64,000 nucleotides of DNA from assembly GCA_030704615.1 (NCBI GenBank), contig CM060733.1, positions 16,864,001-16,928,000 on the forward strand, written 5' to 3'. The notes beneath the pieces were generated by a model. That model had not been told where the DNA came from, did no database searches, and was given only the letters and a program-made list of their open reading frames with translations. This DNA comes from Takakia lepidozioides (taxonomy: Eukaryota; Plantae; Bryophyta). The position numbers and the translations under genes were made by a program. Shown here piece by piece: positions 36,025 to 45,619 of this stretch; the stretch's first letter is position 1; every line of letters starts with the position of its first letter.

Positions 36025-39000
36025 TGTACAGGCAACCATGTTTTCCAGGTAGAGTGTTAGCAGAAGCAAGACTTAGAAGGAGAGATGCGCACTTGTGGCA
36101 GAAGGAGGATGCCCTTGCCAGACGACAGGGATGGAAAAAACTACGGTGTTGCTGCTGCGTGTGCCACAGAGGGAAGCCGCTACTAAGAGCTACTGTCAAG
36201 TCTCACATGCTAAACTATGGCAGGGACCCGTACTTGCACCAGACTCGCACTATGCAGGTACGGCGCACCATGACTAAAACTAACATTCGCATGACCGTTT
36301 TGAGTCATGTCGATTTCCCTTATAATGTCGATCGATCATGCACTGGTTTTTTAAAATAAAACATGGAATTGCAAATACTATTTTATATGTACTGAAGTAT
36401 AGGAAACATTGACGATAGCATTGGTTTAATTGACAGGATGAAGGGGAGCAATTTTCTAATGAGTCCTCAAATGGGGACTACTCTACGGGCTCCTTGGCTG
36501 GGGCAAAATCCATTGACAATGACATTGAGCTGGACGCATCAGACGACAATGTGGGATTGGATATTGCCAGAGCACTACAAGAGGCCTTCGAAAGAGGAGA
36601 ATGCAATCCGCAGAATGAAACAAACAATGTGAATGGAGAGCAACCATTTCAATTTGACATGAGTGAAGGCGATTCTGATGAGAACGACATGAGTGAAGAC
36701 GATTTTGATGAGAATGACATGGGTTCAGATCTAGATCCAAGACAGATGGATGGAGTATTTGTGGATCCCCAACATCAAAAACTGATGGAAGAATCAAAAA
36801 TCAAATTATACAGTGGCAGTAAGCACAGTCGTCTTTCTGCAACAATGATGATCTTGAACGAATGCGCAACACACGGTTGCTCCAACTCATTTGTTGATGA
36901 GTTCTTGTCTCTGCTGAAGAACTCCATTTTACCTCATGGGAACACCCTACAAGTCTCGCATTATGAGGCCAAGAAATTGATTTCCCGATTGGGATTGGCG
37001 TACTCGACCATCCATGCTTGTGAGAAAGGCTGTGTACTGTTTAGAGGGGCGCTTAAGGATTCACTTACTTGTCCTAAATGTAACAGCTCCAGGTATTTGG
37101 TGGGTCGTGGCAATGTTCCAAAGAAGGTGTTACGTCATTTTCCCCTCATACCGCGATTACAAAGGTTGTACAAATGCAAGAGTATTGCCGAGCTACTGAC
37201 ATGGCATCATAAGAACACCAGTACTGATGGTCTAGTTCGGCATCCCGCAGACTCAAAGGCCTGGAGTCACATTGACAGTATGTGGCCAGACTTTGCAGCT
37301 GAACCTCGCAATGTACGCCTAGGCCTTGCTTTGGATGGTGTGAATCCATTCGGCCAACGATCGACAACATGGTCAACATGGCCAGTTCTATTGTTTAATT
37401 ACAATTTGCTGCCATGGTTGACAACAAAAAAAATCTTCACCATGATGGCATTGTTGATACCAGGTAAAGAATCAGTAACAAGTGCAAACATAGATGTGTA
37501 CATGGCGCCATTGGTGGACGAGCTGCAAATTTTGTGGAGCACAGGCGTAATGGCACACGATGTGTCTAGGCCCCGATTTCAGAGAGATTTTCAGTTACGG
37601 GCTATGTTGATGTGGAGCATTCACGACTTCCCTGTGTATGGGTTGTTGGCTGGCCAAGTGACAAAAGGGTACGTAGGATGTCCCAAATGCGGCCCAAATG
37701 TGGACTCGCGTTATTTGCATCATAGCCAAAAATATATATTTGCAGGTCACCGCAGGTACCTTCCCTGCTGAGGCGAGCCTTCGTGGCTCGCGGGCCCGCC
37801 TCTCTCCTCGCCCATGCACAGCAGGATGTCTTACCACCGCCACAACCATGCATACAGAAGGTAAAAAAGCTTCAATGGCTTCACGGAACAGAGGTCAGCT
37901 CCCCCCACTGTGACAGCAGTTGATATCAAAAGGTTTGCCATACAGTATGCAGAATGGGTTGTTGTAGGCAATGGGAGAGCCAGAGGCCGAACATCCACAG
38001 TACCAAATCCTTCCAAAGCTAATGGGGTGAAACGACGGACGTGTCTATTCGACCTACCTTACTGGAAGGTAAACATTCGGCTTTCAAGATCAACATGCAT
38101 TTGCCTGTCATTCAAGCCCTGGTCCTTTACTGATGATTTGATCTCTTCAGGAATTGCCGCATTTGTCTAATGGTTGTACACGTTTTGCATCTATGTGTAG
38201 GATCTTCTCATTCAACACACACTGGACCCTATGCATTGCGAGAAAAACCTCTGTGAAAACATAGTGAAGACTATCCTTGGAAAAAAAGACACTTTGAAAT
38301 CTAGGAGGGATTTGGAACGAGATGGGATCCGACAGGACTTGTCGGTGCGACCCCATGGAAGCGGAGCAAATACGGTGTTAATGCCAGCAGCCCCTTACGT
38401 CTTGAGTGCAGAGGAGCATAAATCTTTTTTGAAGATCTGTCATCGTTGAAGGTGCCCACCGAGTATGCATCTGCATACAAAAAACACGTGGAGGATGGAA
38501 AGTTGACGTATTTGAAGAGTCATGATTATCACACACTAATGCAACAAATCCTTCCGTTTTGCCTACGTGGTTTGATGGAACCTGGTCCACGACGCGCCAT
38601 AATGCGAGTGTCAAGAGTTTTCAGGAAGCTTTGTTGCAAGGTTGTAGATCCTGCAGATATGCACTCTCTACGTGAAGAGGTTGTCATCACGTTGTGTCTC
38701 CTAGAAAAAGAGTTTCCACCTTTGTTCTTTGATGTCATGACTCACCTGCTGGTACACTTGGTTGATGAGTTGGCTATCTGTGGACCTGTAAACACGAGGT
38801 GGATGTATCCGGTGGAGAGGGCAATGAAATACCTCAAGGGATATGTTCGTAATAAGGCAAAACCTGAAGGCTCCATGGCAGAAGGGTATGTATTGGATGA
38901 GACACTAGGGTTTTGTACCGAGTCCATGGCAGATTTCCCCGCAACCAGGAGGCGAATTTGGGATGCCGATGAGGACGAGGGAGTGGAGGGAGTGGCTTGG

Positions 39001-40098
39001 GAGGTCCTCGAAGGCGCTGGCAAAACTCGCAAATTGGATGTGGATTTGCGCAGTCTAATTCACGATTATGTCATTAACAACCACACGAGCATAGCTCCTT
39101 GGATTGAGTGAGTACTATTCCTTAGCACTTTCTGGCAAGTTTGCATGTGTATGAATTTCATTTCATGGTGGACAATGACAATTAATTTACAAAATTTGTG
39201 CTCTCGATTGCAGGAAGTATGAAAAAGCCCAAGCAGATGTGGAATCAGGTCGGTCTGCTTCTTGGGGAGAGGTACTTGGCAACGTAGAGCCTGGTCACAA
39301 CGTTGAGAACACAAAATATCTTGTGCATTTGCAATTACTGCCTCCTTTTCAATCTTGGTTGGCTCAGGCTATAGAAGATGATGTGGCTGCAGGAATGAGG
39401 GATGATGAGGCGCTCTTGGAGGAAGTGATTGATCTGTCAAGACCCCCGTCTGTGAATGCAGTGTCATTCAAGGGACTGAGTGCGTATGGGAACCACTACA
39501 GGGCCAGCACAGTCCGATCTAACCAGTTGGTCACATATGACAGTGGGGTGAGTTCTATGTTTGAACATGAGGACTGTCAAGTGCGCTATGTGCATTGTGA
39601 AGGAAATATTACAAGTGGAGTATGGCAAAACTAACGTTGTCATCTTCATTTGTGGGTTTGTGCAAAATCTGTGGGGAGGAATGCCTCCATGAAGAAAGAT
39701 GAGTTTGGGTTTACCCTGGTTAATTTCAAACACATGTAACCGGCTAATGATCAACCCTGCTTGTTTCCATCACAAGCTGAACAAGTTTTTTTTTCAGATT
39801 GTGTGCAAGAAAAAGGATGGAAGGCTGTGTTGATGTGTCAACTTCACTATCGGACAATACAGATAGCAGTGGCATGTCAGCTCCCATTCGGCTCATTGAT
39901 GATGTTCGAATTGGTGGACAACCATGTATTCGCCCTGTCCTTGCAGTAGAGGTCACTGAAAAAGCCATGGAAGCTCTGTTCAAGACCCCCATTGGGAATA
40001 CAAAGGTTCCTGCACAAGAAAATGATGAAGCAAACTATGAGGAACATTCAACTTCAAGCAGTGAGGATGAAGACAATCTACCTGATATAGACTTGTAG
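36025..40098 (+). pseudogene. CACTA transposase (TnpD/Tnp2; transposase-associated domain, Transposase_21, DUF4218, DUF4216) with stops and frameshifts
   Basis: IHACEKGCVLF..CPKC..RY, PKKVLRHFPLIPRLQRLY, HPADSKAW, EPRNVRLGLALDGVNPF, STWPV, DPMHCEKN, LKSHDYH, FFDVMTHLLVHL, RWMYPVER, PEGSMAEGY. Confidence 0.93.
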
Positions 40099-42549
40099 TT
40101 AGTTGCTGCCCTTGACGGTTGTGGTCTCCAAGCTCTCTCAGCTTTGCTTCATAGATGTTTCTCTGCATGCAAGTGAATCCTTATGTGAAGGTAAGTCCTT
40201 GTTGGCATAAGCTCGTGTTTGTTTGACGTCTTGGTATTTGGAGCCGCCAATTCGATTGGGGATATTTTACCTTCTGGCAGATAGTGGCCTGTCATACTGG
40301 GGGGAAATCTGAGCAACAGCTGCTGGACTGTACAACACTTGAAACTGTACTTTTGACTCGGACCTATCTGGTTGGCCATTCAGTGACTTGCAGATATTAT
40401 CCTTCTGTGCAATCTCGTTTCCCCATTTGCTATTGCTCTGTGGTTTTGCGATTAAAAATTCAATTAGGAGAATGGTTGCCAATTATTCCTCACACATGGT
40501 TATTCTCAGTGTTCGATGCTCCGTGATATGGTCGGACTACTGACAATCATATTCTATCAGCAGTGTTTGTGCCATCTATATTTTGAGTTCATTTATTTTG
40601 TTCAATATACATGTACACAGTCCTGATACACTAGCAACAATAGAATTTGTTTTTCCTCCTCGACTTAGAGTGGCGTAGCTCGCTACACTCCCGCTTTTCA
40701 GCGTTTTGAGCGTGCGTAGAGAATGAATACATATGTAATGGAATTCAACCGATATTAATTAATACCCTGTGAGAGAAATCAGAATGAAGATGGCAGACTT
40801 GCACTATGCTTGAATCGAGGGGAAAAACTCCACCAAGGAGAAAAATAAAGACTCTGGACTATGCGTCGAGTGACTGGCCAACTGAAAAAGCCTTACCATG
40901 AGACTCAGATCGAAGAAGCAAAGTGGTCAGCCTCCCTCTATAAGTGGCATTTCCTCAGTAGCATAGACTCTGACGATTGGGCTTCTCAATAGGACAGGCG
41001 GCATCAAACAACGATAAATAGACGAGCTCTGCTGAAATTTCCGCGGTTGATCTAACGACTCATAGTGCGGATCAATTGGGGCAGTCGATGACATTGATCA
41101 TCGACGGCTTAAAAAACCATTGTAATCTGATTATGTAAGCTAACGCTCTGTGGTATACGTACAGGAATATTCTCCCGCCTGCTCTAAATTCCACATTCCT
41201 TGGCAGTAGATTATGCCACGTGACGGACATCGCTTCAATCATCCAATGTGTTTTTGTTTTTCCACATTTATACTAAATAATATTTATCATTAATTGGGAC
41301 ACCAAATAAGAGTCATGCAGACGACTACACCGTGACATTATCCATAGTCAACAACGTTTGACCACGCTCCAAAATCTCTAGAGTCAGCTTCGTTACCCTT
41401 TAAAGGCATACGTGTGACTTACGATCACTACTCTTCTTTGGTCAAACCACGTTGACCTGAATTCCAAACTTTACGGAGTCGTTTAGTCATATACCCGACC
41501 TTTTTTAGGCATATCCATGACTTCTTCGTGCTTGTCCCACTTTAAGTCATGGTTTGAGTCATGAAAACCATGACTCTCCAAAAAAAAGAGTAAAAAAAAC
41601 CATGATTTGGCGTAGTGGTCCCACCTGGCGATGTTGTACTAGAGGGCTTTACTTCAGTACACCCTAGACCAGTGCAAGTTCAGTATTAGGTTGGGAGGAG
41701 AAAGATAGAGCATCTCAAATGCTTATAATATGCCCCATCATGTACAACAGCTGCTAAGTTGGGCTGAATTACAATCAATGTATCAAAATAAATACGTCAT
41801 GAACAAAAGACTACTTAAAATAAATTATGTCAATTTTACAATGATTGAAGGAGAAAATTTATCATCTGATCTTCATAATTTGAAATTGCTTTTGGAACAA
41901 TTAGCCTCAGTGGGCTGACATATACTGATGAGGATAAAATAGAAACCTTGTCATATGATCCAGTAGTCATGACATTAGAAAATATTGTAGGACTAACGTT
42001 TCTAGATATATCATCAAGATTATTAAATGAAGACATGAGGAGTAACAAACATAATGATTCAAGGATGCAACAGTAATGTGTGCTAGCAGAAAGTTAACTC
42101 AACAAGGAAATCCGAAAAATTCTCAGTCAAAAGAAAAAACATCTCAATTGATCAAGAAGAGGAGAAGTTTGCAATTACTGCAAAAAACCTATACACTATA
42201 AAAAGGAGTGTAGGAAATTCTTGGCAGACAAAGCCTTGGAAAAGATCAAAATTGAACACAGTTTATTATCACAAATCTCACATAAGTACAAGTTATTTTG
42301 AAAGTTGTATTTCCAAATATGAGGAAAATTTCATCTCAGGTCTTGTATAATAAGACATCACAGGTCATTTATTACCTCAAGTTTGGTTTTACTAACGAGC
42401 TAGTTTTTATCCAAGTACATAATTCTTGGAGCTAATTCCAGAGTCAATCTCCAGAAATCAGTCAGTGCTACAAGGAAAAGAAGTGGAAGTATCGAGGCAG
42501 CTGATGAAGATCAACTCAGGAGAGTGTACCAAAGTTCGAGAGCTCAAAA

Positions 42550-44343
42550 GCTCTGATACCATGTTAAATAACGAATCACTCATGGAGTAAATAGAATGAT
42601 GACAAAGCATAAATTTGTATTCCTTTATACATATATCACACTCTGTCACTCTTAAGACATACAATCTCTCTTACAGAGTTCCTGCTTTATAGTTGTAAAG
42701 AACATCGTGACATGCAGTCCTTTTGAATCTTTTGATGTGAAGCGTCCTAGCAAGTGATGTAACAATATATATAACTACCTTTAACTATTAGACTTATTAT
42801 CCTAGTGGATGTTACTATCATACTAACACCACCACTTAAGTCCAATGTCTGTTAAAGATGAAATCTGTGTTAACATGTCATTGCTACTTTAACACTTGTG
42901 AATCATAATCATTAGTTGAGTTGAACTTTGGTATACTCCTCTGAGTTGATCTTCATTAATTTATCACTGTCACAGCTGCCTTGATATTTCTATTTCTTCT
43001 CCTTGTAGCATTGACTGCTTTTCCAGAGATTGACTGTGGAATTAGCTCCAAGAATTATGCGCTTGGATAAAAACTAGCTCGTTAGTAGAACAAAACTTGA
43101 GGTAATAAATGATCTATGATGTTTTTTACAAGACCTGAGATGAAATTTTATTCATATTTGGAGATACAACTTTCAAAATAACTTGTATTCATTTGAGACT
43201 TATACTAATAAACTGTGTTCAATTCTGATATTTCCCGAGGCCTTGTCTGCTATGAATTTCCTACACTCTTTTTTATAGTATCTAGGTTTTTTGCAGTAAT
43301 TGCAAACTCTTCTTCTCTTCTTGATCAATTGAGTTTTTTCTTTTGACTGAGAATTATTTGGATTCCCTTGTTGAGTTAACTTTCTGCTAGCACACATTAC
43401 TGCTGGACCCTCAAATTTTGTGGAATCACGGTGTTTGTTCCTTCTCAAGTCTTCATTTAATAATCTTCATGATATATCTAGAAACGTTAGTCCTACAATA
43501 TTTTCTAATGTCATGACTACTGGATCATATGATTCAGGAAGACTGCCTAACAAGGTTTCTATTGTATCATCAGTATATGTACCCCACTGAGGCTAATTGT
43601 TCCAAAAGCAATTTAAAATTATGAAATTTTTTCTCCTTCACTCATTGTAAAATTGACATAATTTATTTTAAATAGTCTTTTGTTCATGACGTATTTATTT
43701 TGATACATTGATTGTAATTCAGCCCAACTTAGCAGTTGTTGTACCTGATGGGGCAAATCCTAGACATGAATTTTGACAGTTTCTAATGTAAGCATTTGAG
43801 ATGCTGTATCTTTGTTCTCCCAATCGAATACTGAACTTGGACCGGTCTCGGGTGGATTTGTTAGTCCCACCTATTGATGTTGTACTAGAGGACTTTACCT
43901 CAGTACCTATCACCAAATCCCATCACCTGTCTTTTTTTAAAGATATAACATTCTTAGTTTCGAGGTTAAGTAGTCCATGCCATCAAGTCTCTCAACATAT
44001 CCAACTCGGTCAAAAGACATCATGACATTTGGGCATCTACTTTCTAACAATTCTAGATTTTTTAAGTATGCCTTATGGATATCCTCATGTTAATGATTTA
44101 TTCTCATGAATTCTTCTGTCTATCTTAGTTGAGAGACTAGGTGGCTCTGATACCATGTTAAATAACGAAATCACTCATAAAGGAAAAAGAATGATGACGA
44201 AGCATAAATCTATATTCCTTTATATATCACACTCTGTCACTCTTTATGACATTCAGCCTTTCTTACAAAGAAGAGTGTTCATGTTTTATAGTTGTGAAGA
44301 ACATATTGACATGTCCTAATGTAACAATATATATAACTACTTC
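42550..44343 (-). mobile_element. Small LTR-gag-LTR element (TR-GAG-like, copy 2): partial LTR 44156-44343, PBS 44144-44155, gag remnant, PPT-like 42829-42840, full LTR 42562-42828, and a further PBS 42550-42561
   Basis: Two homologous LTRs with TGTTA…TAACA ends, each followed on the minus strand by TGGTATCAGAGC. A gag zinc knuckle CNYCKKPRYYKKEC is present and no pol is visible. Confidence 0.82.
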
Positions 44344-44344
44344 T

Positions 44345-44642
44345 GTCTAAGAGAGACTATCTGTCATAAGAGTGACAGAGTGTGATATCTATAAAGGAAT
44401 ACAGATTTATGCTTCGTCATTCCCATCTTTACTCTATGAGTGATTTCATTATTGAACATGGTATCAGAGCCAAGGTTGTGGCGGTGGTCAGAATGGGTGG
44501 GCATTAGCAATAGGGGCTATGCCTTGAGGGGGAGTGTTGGAGGTGTCAAGGCTATAGCCCTTGCACACTACACTTTAAGAACAGAACATGACAGATAGCT
44601 CAGTGGTACAACACCCCACTGGAATGGGGAAGGTCCTAGGTT
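44345..44642 (+). mobile_element. Partial gag-family LTR (44345-44458), PBS (44459-44470), about 55-bp internal segment, PPT (44526-44534) and second, truncated tRNA-containing LTR (44535-44642)
   Basis: TGGTATCAGAGC and GAGGGGGAG are followed by TGTTGGAGGTGTCAAGG…TAGCTCAGTGGTACAACACCCCACTGGAATGGGGAAGGTCCTAGGTT, which is homologous to 29400-29612. Confidence 0.82.
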
Positions 44643-45075
44643 ATGCATTCATTGTTTTTTTCTGCTAAGCCACAGTCACAAGCCTCCTCAATCTAGGGTC
44701 CACTGTCATATTGCAGAAAGCCGAAGTTGTCTACAACTAGTTAATGAGCTAATCATGGCACAATAGGCCAGAATCTGAGATAATGTACATCTCTAATAAA
44801 ACATTTGTTGATCACTAACTTGCCATAGGCCCTTTATTGAGACAGACACCTCCAAGTCAGTCATAACAAGGCAACTACCCATTTTGTAACGAGGCAATCT
44901 ATGTAATGCCATTTCCTTCTATGTAACAAGGCAAGCCCATTTCCTTTGAACGTGGAAATCTGACAATCTAACAAAATTAAATAATGACTGGGGCAGCAAC
45001 ATCACATTTTTACCAAATTATATGACATTCCACAGACCCATCCAAACATCTAGGATTCAGATTTTGGGTACAGAC

Positions 45076-45528
45076 GGGTGTTGTTCTGGTATCAGGTTTA
45101 GGACATACAAGACTGGTCCTGGTACGTATCACAAAACTTTCATACCAGTTTGGTCTATATATTGGTGGATGTATTTTTTTTTCCAGATACTGGTATGAGT
45201 ATGAGTATCATGACCACCATACCAGCTGGTATGAGATATTAATTCTGGTATCATTCCAAAGCCATTACAAGTTTATCAAATAGTAAGTATCAAGTGAAAA
45301 TGAGTACAATGCACATAAAGAAGTAAATATATATAAATACAAGTATGTAGGCACATGTATACATAAATTAGTATAGTACACATACCAGAGTAATCGAGGA
45401 AGACGGCCGGGGAGTCCTGGTATTGTGGCTGGTATGAAAGAACTGAAACCAGCCTGGTCTGGTATCTAATACCAGTGCATATACTAGTACATATACCGGT
45501 CCTTCATGTATATACCACTCCAACACTG
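45076..45528. mobile_element. Non-autonomous hAT-like MITE
   Basis: 8-bp TSD GTACAGAC (45068-45075 and 45529-45536), short imperfect TIRs (gggtgttg / caacactg) and many TGGTAT/ATACCA subterminal motifs. Confidence 0.65.
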
Positions 45529-45619
45529 GTACAGACCAAGCCCCACATAGACTACCAAAAATAGTTAACCAACTTCATGGCATGTAAATGGGAAATCCGA
45601 TGCCCTGCAAGTTCAAGTA

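Larger units (their letters stand above)
29934..41617. mobile_element. Full-length, decayed CACTA (En/Spm) DNA transposon, about 11.7 kb
   Basis: CACTAGT… and …GTAGTG termini, dense TCATGA/GTCATGA subterminal motifs at both ends, a near-TSD (g[t]c/gtc), and two divergent genes inside. Confidence 0.88.
29660..42535 (+). mobile_element. Copia-type gag-only internal region (copy 1), split by the large CACTA into 29660-29933 and 41618-42535
   Basis: Matches the reverse complement of 42905-44143. Gag-like LDG.NYLT.KLRMLYL and WAELQSMYQNK, and the zinc knuckle C.YCKKP.HYKKEC. Confidence 0.8.

Noticed and set aside
40150-41100. Captured host exons in the CACTA 3' region
   Set aside because: The sequence is exon-like, but no translation that I could recognise.
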